Shown: piece by piece, positions 1 through 7,631 of the stretch
Layout: each line of letters begins with the position of its first letter
How positions within the stretch are numbered: position 1 is the stretch's first letter
Assembly: GCA_022768655.1 (NCBI GenBank)
Contig: JALEQD010000046.1
Span: 10,437-74,436, forward strand
From: Anaeroplasma sp.
Lineage (GTDB): Bacteria; Bacillota_I; Bacilli_A; Acholeplasmatales; Anaeroplasmataceae
Direction: 5' to 3'
DNA length: 64,000 nucleotides
The notes under the pieces: model-generated
Databases searched by the model: none
Told to the model about the DNA's origin: nothing
What the model saw: only the letters and a program-made list of their open reading frames with translations
Position numbers and translations under genes: made by a program

Positions 1-1572
1 GAAATATCTTATTTAAAGAATCATTTAGATTATTCAAAAACATTAGGTAAGAATAAGAATAAAAATGTTTTAGCTACTATAAAATATGAAGATAAAACAT
101 ATAATTTTAATCTTACAAAGGATGTTAATGATGAAAATTCATTAATCATTGCAGGTACAGATACTCCATTTGGGGCATATGAATACTTAGAGGTTGCAAA
201 CGGACAAACTACTTCAATTGATTTATTATCAAATAAAATAATTAAGGATACTGAATCATATGAAAAAACTTCTGAGTATAAGGATAATTATGTAAATTAT
301 ATTGAAGCTATTCTTTATAATTTCTCAAATAATGGATATTCTTCTAATGGTTATTCTTCTTCATTAGGTAAATATAATTTCTTAATGCTTTATTTCCACT
401 CAGCTGATATCGATGAAATTGTTGATAATTATTATAGAGTACAATATGCTTCTGTATCTTTATTAAGCAATTATTCAGATGATAAATTATTATCATTCTT
501 CAAAAATTATGTGGATGCTTCTTATGACAACTATTTCAAATTAGGTGGAAAAAGATTTGTTGTATATTTTGATGGTGATGATGATGGAGAAGCAGATGAT
601 ACAGATATTAATGATTCATCAAATTGGATAAATCTTATCGCAAATAATGGCGCTGGATTTGATATTAATAATGATGGTGCTATCACTGGTTCTGAGACTA
701 CTATTACATATGGTGAGGCTGCAAAGGCTTTAATATATGATGTTTATGATGAAATTAATGCTTCTACTACAAATCATACTTCTAAAGCAGATGAATTAGT
801 AAGTGAAATCAATGGTACTGCAAAGGTAATTTTCGATAACAACCCTATTGTATCTGAAAATCAATGGGCAAAATATCGTAAAATAGGATTAAGAGTTAAG
901 GTTGAGGAATTTACAGTTGATAATTCAACAGTAGATGTTGATTTTAACCTAAAACAAAGATTATATGAATACACAGATGAATCTAAGTATCAATTCTTTA
1001 TAAATGGTACTACTCCTTCTTGCTTTATCGAAAATTTAACTAAAGCAGATGATGAATTAGTATTAACAGATGATGGTTATAATTTAATCATGGTAACATC
1101 TGGTAGCCCTAAATCATCAGCAGAATGGAAAGAATCTGACCATTCAGATGATTTATTGAAAAATATTACTATCAAATATAATGAAGAATATATAAAGGTT
1201 GAAGATATCTATAATGATGAAGATAAATTATCTTTGAATCAAATTAAGTTATATGTATTAGAATATGTAACAAGTTCTTCTTCAAATTTAACACCAAGTC
1301 AATTATCTGAGGCTTGTAGTAATTTCTTAAGCCCTGTATTAACTAGATATACTTCTTCTGCAACTCAAAGAGTAATCATTCTTGAATACATTAAGAATGC
1401 ATCAGGTGCAATTTCATTTGCTGATAACCAAGAATATTTCAATAAAATTCAAGTTGTTAACCAAAGAATTGCTGATGAATATAGTGAATATAACAATGAC
1501 ACAACTGGAACATCAAATAATTTTGAAAATTGGTGGACAGATTTAGAAGTTTTATTAAAGGAGGCAAAATAA
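1..1572 (+). CDS. Surface/secreted protein, 5'-partial at window edge; paralog of the downstream parvulin (PrsA)-like lipoprotein
   Basis: Frame 1 is open from nt 1 to the TAA at 1570-1572, so the ORF-track Met at 385 is internal. It shares with the next gene an acidic loop (FVVYFDGDDDGEADD vs HILINIDDDGDGSPDD) and a parvulin-like terminal strand (DDGYNLIMVTSG vs VFGYHLIVLNSY). Confidence 0.5.
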   Translation, partial: EISYLKNHLDYSKTLGKNKNKNVLATIKYEDKTYNFNLTKDVNDENSLIIAGTDTPFGAYEYLEVANGQTTSIDLLSNKIIKDTESYEKTSEYKDNYVNYIEAILYNFSNNGYSSNGYSSSLGKYNFLMLYFHSADIDEIVDNYYRVQYASVSLLSNYSDDKLLSFFKNYVDASYDNYFKLGGKRFVVYFDGDDDGEADDTDINDSSNWINLIANNGAGFDINNDGAITGSETTITYGEAAKALIYDVYDEINASTTNHTSKADELVSEINGTAKVIFDNNPIVSENQWAKYRKIGLRVKVEEFTVDNSTVDVDFNLKQRLYEYTDESKYQFFINGTTPSCFIENLTKADDELVLTDDGYNLIMVTSGSPKSSAEWKESDHSDDLLKNITIKYNEEYIKVEDIYNDEDKLSLNQIKLYVLEYVTSSSSNLTPSQLSEACSNFLSPVLTRYTSSATQRVIILEYIKNASGAISFADNQEYFNKIQVVNQRIADEYSEYNNDTTGTSNNFENWWTDLEVLLKEAK

Positions 1573-1573
1573 T

Positions 1574-4498
1574 ATGAAACTATTTAAAAAAGTATTATCA
1601 GTTGCCTTTATCGGAATGTTGGCATTTACTTTCACTTCTTGTTCTAATTCAACAAAAAGAAATACTATTGTTCCTTATGGTTCAATAAACACTAGTAATC
1701 CTCAAACAGTTGCTTCTATTAAAACGAAGACTACTAATACAGAATTATCTTTAAATGAGGCTGACTTCTACACAAGATTAAGAAAAAATGGATATGATGT
1801 ATTTACTGAAGAATTAAAGGCATTACTTTATGAAAAGGAACTAAATGCGTTAAAAGCATTATTAAACGCAAGCTCAGTAAATGAATTAACAAATGAACAA
1901 AAAGAAATTTTATCATTATCTAAGGAATTAGTAGATGGTACTTACTACGTAAACCATGAAAATGTAACTGATTCATCAATAATTACAAAATATTTTGATG
2001 AAATTAAAGAATATTATTCAGCTACATTATCAAAGAATCTTGCTACTAAAATTTATGGTTACAATTCATTAAAAACATATGAATCAAAAGAACAAAAGGA
2101 TATTGATTTAGTAGTAGAAAAATATATTGAATCAATGGCAAGAATCGGTATTACAATAACAAAAGATCAAATTGTTAATAAAAAGGATACTGATAAGAAC
2201 TTAGTATTAATCGATTATACTAAGCTTCCAGAAAAAGCATATTATTCTAACTTAATTACACTTGCTGAAAATATTTATTCAAGCAAAAAGCTATTTGAAA
2301 TAGCTGATTTAGAATATTTACATGAAGGTACTGATGAAGAAACAAAAAATACTTCTTATTACCTATTTAAGGATGAAACAATTGAATCTTCATATGATTC
2401 ATCATATAAGACATATGGTACTTATAGAGCAATAATATTAACATTCAATTCTCGCCGTGAAGCTTTAAACCATGTACAAAAGGTTTTAGGTACAACAGGA
2501 ATTGATACTACTTCTAAAGATACAGCACTAAATTCTTATATTTCACTTTATAACAGCTATTATGCTTATCGTGGAAATCACAATGCTGATTCAGATGAGT
2601 TTAAATATACAATCAATGAATATATAAATGATTTAGATGATATATCAGCTTCAATTAATACTCTTATCACTGAAACACTTGATAATGGTGAATATTTAAG
2701 TGAACCAAGAAATATTGATAATAAATATGTATTAGCTTATCGTATTGATACAAATTATGATTGGGGTAATTCTTCTTCTAAAACTGACCTTAAGGATTTA
2801 AGTACCGAAGATCAAAAGGAAGTTAAAAGATTATTACAACAAAAATCAATTTTAAATACAGCATCAAGCTATGCTTCAACTGCTTTTAAGGAATTAATTA
2901 AAGAATCTAATTTAGAAATTTATGATCCATATTATGAATATCAATTTAGAAATTCTTATTCTGATTACTATGAATTATCACAAAATTTTGATAATAACTT
3001 AATTTTCAAATTTGAAGTTAATGGTCAATCAAAATCTTTAACAGTAGATAATTTCTACAAGCTAGTATCAGCAAAATATGGCGCTTCTATTATCACTGAA
3101 TATTTCCAATTAGAATATGCATATTTATATAAAGATGAATATGTAGAAAATGATACAATTGATAGTAATAAAGAAACAATAGAAAATGCATTAAAAGAAT
3201 TCAATAAAAATAATAACCAAACATATCCAAAAGAAATTGGTGAAGAAACATTCCTTTTTGCAAACTATGGATATAATTCAGTAGACAATGTACTAAAGTA
3301 TTATTTCACTGCCAAAGCATGCTTAAGTGCTTATAAGGCACAGGTTATTTTTGATTCATGGGCAACTGAGGATCACAATATTTCAGATGATGCAACAAAG
3401 GTTCTAGATAGAATTTTAGCTGCTGGTAATGCTAAATATTCTGAATTATTTAATATTGATATCGACCACATTTTAATTAATATTGATGATGATGGAGATG
3501 GTTCTCCTGACGATCCTGAAGCATTTATTGCTACATTAGCAAATGCTGAAATTGTTGAAGCATTCAAAAATGCAGTAGCAAATTTAGCTCAAGCAATTTA
3601 TTCTGAAGCAATTTATGAAGATTATGATGACAATGACATGATTGATAATCTTACATTTATTGTTAAGGAATTCAATAAAGGCTCAGCATTAAGATCAAAT
3701 CCTAATAAGACTTGGGATGATTACAAAACAGTTACACTTGGTAATACTGATATAACATTCCATTTCCTATTAACTGCTGAACAATTAGCTTCTTCTGGTG
3801 ATATTACACAAGATTCAGTTAATAACTTTGTAGTTCCATTTGCTGATTATGTTAGAGAAATGTATTCAAAGGCATCAAACACTGAAAGCTTAAGCATTGA
3901 TTCTCATGGTAACTTCTTCACTCCTACAGACGGAAAGCTTACTACTGCTGAGGATGCTACAAAAATTACTTATGATACATTATGTGAAACAGTATTTGGA
4001 TACCATTTAATAGTTTTAAATAGCTATAGTGGTCCAAGCTCATTAAAATATACTGAAACAAATGATACAAATGGATACCAAAAAGAAATTGAAATTTTAA
4101 TTTCTGAAGGTGATGATGAAGATTCAGATGATGATAATATATTTGTAGTATTGAATTCTTACAATGATAATTCAAAGGTAGCAAATATCAATCAGTTATT
4201 CATCTATTTTGTTCAATCTCAAAATGGTGTATCTTCTTCATTAGATTCAAGCATTAATACAATTTTAAAATCATTATTCTCAGAATCAATTGAAATTTAC
4301 ACTTCTAGTAATTTCCAAACTATTCTATTATTAAATGAATTAAATATTTCTGATATTACTGCTAGTGATGAAATCAAGAACCTAGTTAATATAGAAAAGA
4401 ATTATTACATTAATTTAGTAACTGAATATGAAGATGACTCTAAATTTGCTTCTTGGATTGATGACTCATTAGATTGGGTTAGACCAGAACAAAAATAA
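1574..4498 (+). CDS. Large (974 aa) lipoprotein with an expanded parvulin/PrsA-like PPIase-type domain
   Basis: AAGGAGG lies 9 nt upstream of the ATG. The signal peptide has a lipobox (AFTFTSC). The motifs DIDHILIN ... VFGYHLIVLN resemble the first and last signature strands of the parvulin fold. Confidence 0.5.
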   Translation: MKLFKKVLSVAFIGMLAFTFTSCSNSTKRNTIVPYGSINTSNPQTVASIKTKTTNTELSLNEADFYTRLRKNGYDVFTEELKALLYEKELNALKALLNASSVNELTNEQKEILSLSKELVDGTYYVNHENVTDSSIITKYFDEIKEYYSATLSKNLATKIYGYNSLKTYESKEQKDIDLVVEKYIESMARIGITITKDQIVNKKDTDKNLVLIDYTKLPEKAYYSNLITLAENIYSSKKLFEIADLEYLHEGTDEETKNTSYYLFKDETIESSYDSSYKTYGTYRAIILTFNSRREALNHVQKVLGTTGIDTTSKDTALNSYISLYNSYYAYRGNHNADSDEFKYTINEYINDLDDISASINTLITETLDNGEYLSEPRNIDNKYVLAYRIDTNYDWGNSSSKTDLKDLSTEDQKEVKRLLQQKSILNTASSYASTAFKELIKESNLEIYDPYYEYQFRNSYSDYYELSQNFDNNLIFKFEVNGQSKSLTVDNFYKLVSAKYGASIITEYFQLEYAYLYKDEYVENDTIDSNKETIENALKEFNKNNNQTYPKEIGEETFLFANYGYNSVDNVLKYYFTAKACLSAYKAQVIFDSWATEDHNISDDATKVLDRILAAGNAKYSELFNIDIDHILINIDDDGDGSPDDPEAFIATLANAEIVEAFKNAVANLAQAIYSEAIYEDYDDNDMIDNLTFIVKEFNKGSALRSNPNKTWDDYKTVTLGNTDITFHFLLTAEQLASSGDITQDSVNNFVVPFADYVREMYSKASNTESLSIDSHGNFFTPTDGKLTTAEDATKITYDTLCETVFGYHLIVLNSYSGPSSLKYTETNDTNGYQKEIEILISEGDDEDSDDDNIFVVLNSYNDNSKVANINQLFIYFVQSQNGVSSSLDSSINTILKSLFSESIEIYTSSNFQTILLLNELNISDITASDEIKNLVNIEKNYYINLVTEYEDDSKFASWIDDSLDWVRPEQK

Positions 4499-4510
4499 TT
4501 AAAAAAAGAA

Positions 4511-4558
4511 ACCGGTTATATACTCTTCCAATAGGAGGACATATAGCCGGTTTTTTTC
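4511..4558 (+). terminator. Rho-independent terminator of the lipoprotein gene
   Basis: ACCGGTTATAT (4511-4521) pairs with ATATAGCCGGT (4541-4551) with one G:T wobble, followed by a T7 run. Confidence 0.75.
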
Positions 4559-5025
4559 TTATTGTTTTTCTATATTCTACTTCTTAAATACTTTATAATA
4601 GATGCAAAAATATTATCACTTATATTTTCAATAATAGATAAATAATGTAATTATATTCCTTTTTTTCTTGATATAAAATTAACACTAATCTTATAATAAT
4701 CCATACAAACTTCACTTTAAATATTGAATATGAGTTTTCTTCAAAATCTTCTTCATTTTTTTCTTTCATTCTTATCAATAATTCAATTCTATTAGAATCT
4801 AAGAAGGATGATATAAAGAAATTAAGTGATAAAAATATTGATTTATGCAACAAAATATACGATTTATCATAAATAAATTATCAACAGAATAGAAATCAAT
4901 TCTTACAACAAGAAATAAAAAAAGTAATCATATTTACTTACTAACAATCATCTAAAGTGATGAAAGTTATATGAGCTATTTTGATTACTTTTATTTTACT
5001 ATCTACACTCCTTACAATAGAAAGA

Positions 5026-5064
5026 GAGGACTTGATTTTGTCATGTCAAGTCCTCTTTGTTTCC
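5026..5064 (-). terminator. Hairpin terminator downstream of the cassette (possibly bidirectional)
   Basis: GAGGACTTGA (5026-5035) pairs perfectly with TCAAGTCCTC (5046-5055). T-rich sequence follows on both strands. Confidence 0.5.
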
Positions 5065-5190
5065 AATTTCAAACCGGCACCATAATATTCTTTGGCTCAT
5101 ATATACTGCCTCCTTATGATATTCTTTTATCATAACAGTAAAAGATTTTAGTGCCGTTCAGTTAGTTATACTATTATATTCGATTTTGAT

Positions 5191-5397
5191 TTAGGCGTTT
5201 TGACGAGATTTAATATAAAGGTCTATATCATTGACGATATATCTTACTCCTGTGGTATGCAACACCTCATAAAAATCTTGGATATATTCGCATACCGAAT
5301 ACTTGTTAAACAAGGTCATAACTTCCTTGCCCGTAAGTCCTTTTTGGTTTTTGTATTCTTCAACACAAAACACCATAAACGGTAATTCCTTACTCAT
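5191..5397 (-). CDS. DUF3791-like small helical protein (copy 2)
   Basis: 68-aa ORF immediately after its paralog (3-nt gap). Its size and position downstream of a DUF3990 gene match the recurrent Firmicutes DUF3990-DUF3791 arrangement as I remember it. Confidence 0.55.
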   Translation of the reverse strand: MSKELPFMVFCVEEYKNQKGLTGKEVMTLFNKYSVCEYIQDFYEVLHTTGVRYIVNDIDLYIKSRQNA

Positions 5398-5400
5398 AAA

Positions 5401-5637
5401 TTATTCCTCCGGAAATACAATTTCTCCCGTTTCTTTTTCGTGTTTCCACATTGAATAAACGGTCATTGGGCTGAAATGCCACATCTTCGTTTCTTCTTTT
5501 TCAAGCATCTCATAGGTCTTTGATTGATAAAACTCGTTCATAGCGGAAATGTCATCAAGTCCTTCATTCTTCACAATTAGGTCAACTGTTTGCGGTATAA
5601 GCGCGATACTCAATATAGAATTGAACTTCTCGTCCAT
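5401..5637 (-). CDS. DUF3791-like small helical protein (copy 1)
   Basis: 78-aa ORF, 3 nt downstream of the DUF3990 gene. The family call is from memory, not from a search. Confidence 0.55.
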   Translation of the reverse strand: MDEKFNSILSIALIPQTVDLIVKNEGLDDISAMNEFYQSKTYEMLEKEETKMWHFSPMTVYSMWKHEKETGEIVFPEE

Positions 5638-5640
5638 ATA

Positions 5641-6120
5641 TCACACCCCCTCAGATTTGACGAATTTCAAGAGTGAAATTGCCTCGTTTGTCGCAAATAC
5701 ATATTGATCAAACAATTTCTTGATCCTCAAGGATTCAAGTGCTTGTTCTTTGGTCAAAAGTTCCGTAGAATACACTTGAAGCGTTCTATAAACATCATCA
5801 TTTGCAACTGCACCGATTATTAGATCGTATTGCTCTCCGTCATAAGTTCCATTTCTGTGTGCGGAAACAAAGTCGAGCCATTCCTCATCGGGAGCATTGA
5901 AACGCTTGATTTTAAGTAGTTTACTACCGATATTATCATCTATCTCATATACGTTGACTGTCGGCGTACCGCCTCTGCGTATCACAACTTTTTGAGCGTA
6001 GTTCTCTGCTTGAGCTTTATTGGTTGTCGTATAGAAACCGTATCCAAAGTCAAGGAATCTGTTCTGTTCGATAAGTCTCGGCTTTTCCACTACCATATTA
6101 CTACCATGGTATAATATCAT
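5641..6120 (-). CDS. DUF3990-family protein with PARP/ADP-ribosyltransferase-like motifs
   Basis: N-terminus is MILYHGS followed by FGYGFYTT, which compares with the PARP-type H-G-S and G-x-G-[IV]-Y-F-[AT] motifs. The start overlaps the upstream stop (ATGA). Confidence 0.6.
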   Translation of the reverse strand: MILYHGSNMVVEKPRLIEQNRFLDFGYGFYTTTNKAQAENYAQKVVIRRGGTPTVNVYEIDDNIGSKLLKIKRFNAPDEEWLDFVSAHRNGTYDGEQYDLIIGAVANDDVYRTLQVYSTELLTKEQALESLRIKKLFDQYVFATNEAISLLKFVKSEGV

Positions 6121-6422
6121 AACATAGCCTCCAACCTCTTGATTTGTGCCTTTTCTTCTTTTAACTTCTTTATAATTTCTTCTATTTGACTACGGCGAGT
6201 AAGTTGTTCACGAATTGTGATTAAACTTTCCTCGTCCTTGCCGATATATTTACTAACTACCTTTTTTCCGTCACGGTAATACAGATAATAATAAGTTTTT
6301 CCGTTTACGATTTTTGGGGTTATTTTTCCTTTTGGTAGTGTTTCAAGCTCTTTTGTATATTCGGTTATCATATTCTTGTTTCGGGCTTCTTCACGTGAGA
6401 TAACCGTCATAAGCATACTCAT
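6117..6422 (-). CDS. Small protein: beta-rich N-terminal part ([20 protein letters not shown]) plus C-terminal coiled coil; first gene of the cassette
   Basis: 101-aa ORF with AGGTGATG 5 nt upstream of the ATG, translationally coupled to the DUF3990 gene. No function recognised. Confidence 0.6.
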   Translation of the reverse strand: MSMLMTVISREEARNKNMITEYTKELETLPKGKITPKIVNGKTYYYLYYRDGKKVVSKYIGKDEESLITIREQLTRRSQIEEIIKKLKEEKAQIKRLEAML

Positions 6423-6440
6423 TCTTCATCACCTACTATC

Positions 6441-6485
6441 AGTATACCCAACTTTTATACTTTTGTAAATGGTTTTTGTTGGGTA
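6441..6485 (-). promoter_or_regulatory. SigA-type promoter of the cassette, bracketed by an 8-bp inverted repeat (candidate operator)
   Basis: On the minus strand: TTTACA (6464-6469), a 17-nt spacer, then TATACT (6441-6446). The inverted repeat TACCCAAC (6445-6452) / GTTGGGTA (6478-6485) spans the -10 and -35 elements. Confidence 0.55.
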
Positions 6486-6582
6486 AATAATGAAAAATCC
6501 ACATATTTTTCTACAGTAAATTCATCTTATATGCTTTCATACGGTATCTCTAAGTAATAGAGTTTTTGAATATATTATTTAA

Positions 6583-7524
6583 TCATACAATTAATAAAAG
6601 AAGTGGAATCGTAATTATTGACATTATTGTTGTTAATAAAACTGTATTTGCCGCAATATCTTGATTTTCATTGTACATCTCAGCCAGATTCAACACTACT
6701 GATGCACATGGAGTTGCACAAAGTACCAATATACTTATCTTAAATACCTCATCAAATGGTAAAAAATATACAAATAAATAAGAAAATAATGGGAATATGA
6801 TTAGTTTTAATATAATATTTATATAAACAAAAGGCTTATTTATTAAATCTTTAATTTTTATACATGCTAATCTAGAACCAAGTATAATCATACATGTTGG
6901 TGTAGTCATCTTTCCAAGAAGACTAACACCTTCACCCATTTTTTCAAGGAATATATTTCCACAATTAAATTTAAAATTACATGCATATAAGATTACAGCA
7001 ATTATAATTGAAATAGTTGTAGGATTTAAAAATATCGATTTAAATGATATATATTTCTTATCCCTTGTGATACAAAAAGATCCTATTGTAAATACAATTA
7101 AATTCATTGTAAATACAAAAATAGAAGAGTATGTCATCGCAATAGGAAATTCTGGTAATATAGCCTTAATTAACGGTAATCCAAAAAAGCCAACATTACC
7201 ACATACACTACCAATAGTAAGCATTCTATATCTAGCATCATCATACTTTTTGTGGAATATTAAAAATAATATTAAAATAAACAATATTTGAACAATTATA
7301 GAAATAATGGCAAACAAGCTCATTTTCTTAACCATTTCCACACTTCTTTCTACCTGTAAAAACGAATCTATTATCATACAAGGAGAAAAAGCATATACCA
7401 ATATTGTAGAAATACTTTTTAAATGTGATGCATCTATTTTTTTAAATTTTGTAAGCAAATAGCCAGGAACCAAAAATAAAAGCATTACAAATACAGTTAA
7501 AACTGTAACCATAAAATTATTCAT
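6583..7524 (-). CDS. AEC (auxin efflux carrier) family transporter
   Basis: 313-aa polytopic membrane protein. N-terminus (VLTVFVMLLFLVPGYLLTKFKKID) and length are typical of AEC permeases. Confidence 0.6.
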   Translation of the reverse strand: MNNFMVTVLTVFVMLLFLVPGYLLTKFKKIDASHLKSISTILVYAFSPCMIIDSFLQVERSVEMVKKMSLFAIISIIVQILFILILFLIFHKKYDDARYRMLTIGSVCGNVGFFGLPLIKAILPEFPIAMTYSSIFVFTMNLIVFTIGSFCITRDKKYISFKSIFLNPTTISIIIAVILYACNFKFNCGNIFLEKMGEGVSLLGKMTTPTCMIILGSRLACIKIKDLINKPFVYINIILKLIIFPLFSYLFVYFLPFDEVFKISILVLCATPCASVVLNLAEMYNENQDIAANTVLLTTIMSIITIPLLLLIV

Positions 7525-7595
7525 TTATAACACCTTCGAGAATAAATATACCATATTTATTATTCTAATAATATTTGAAAACGTTTATATTTTTT

Positions 7596-7627
7596 CAAAA
7601 AAAAAATAAAGGGGTCTTCGCCCCTTT
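7596..7627 (-). terminator. Terminator of tex
   Basis: AAAGGGG/CCCCTTT stem (7608-7614 and 7621-7627), followed on the minus strand by a long T run. Confidence 0.7.
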
Positions 7628-7631
7628 ATAA

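Larger units (their letters stand above)
5010..6490. other. GC-atypical islet carrying a four-gene DUF3990/DUF3791 cassette
   Basis: By hand count, 5641-5700 has 26/60 G+C versus 17/60 in 7681-7740 (tex). The cassette has its own promoter and terminator and overlapping or closely abutting genes. It sits at a convergent gene junction. Confidence 0.5.

Noticed and set aside
3373-4184. Antisense ORFs 3373-3567 and 3966-4184. Similar shadow ORFs occur at 5200-5385, 7067-7291, 10890-11123, 11205-11399, 24801-25070, 25875-26153, 31263-31550, 32851-33066, 36497-36730, 46485-46673, 46981-47280, 47684-47866, 48090-48308, 49223-49444, 49986-50201, 53270-53503, 57791-58075, 60704-61006 and 63218-63463.
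   Set aside because: All lie entirely inside, and opposite to, long ORFs with strong homology-type motifs. They have low-complexity compositions and I saw no SD. They are typical shadow ORFs.
4620-4853. 77-aa minus-strand ORF in the AT-rich gap
   Set aside because: It has a low-complexity hydrophobic/Lys-Glu composition, no SD and no recognisable motif, and it lies in a region that looks like non-coding junk at the convergence point. It could be a decayed remnant, but I cannot support calling it a gene.
4500-5190. A dif (XerCD) or difSL (XerS) recombination site at the putative terminus
   Set aside because: I compared by eye with the B. subtilis, E. coli and streptococcal dif sequences. Only short partial matches turned up (for example ATAATGTAATTAT at about 4643), without the two-arm, 6-bp-spacer structure. 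This needs a profile search.
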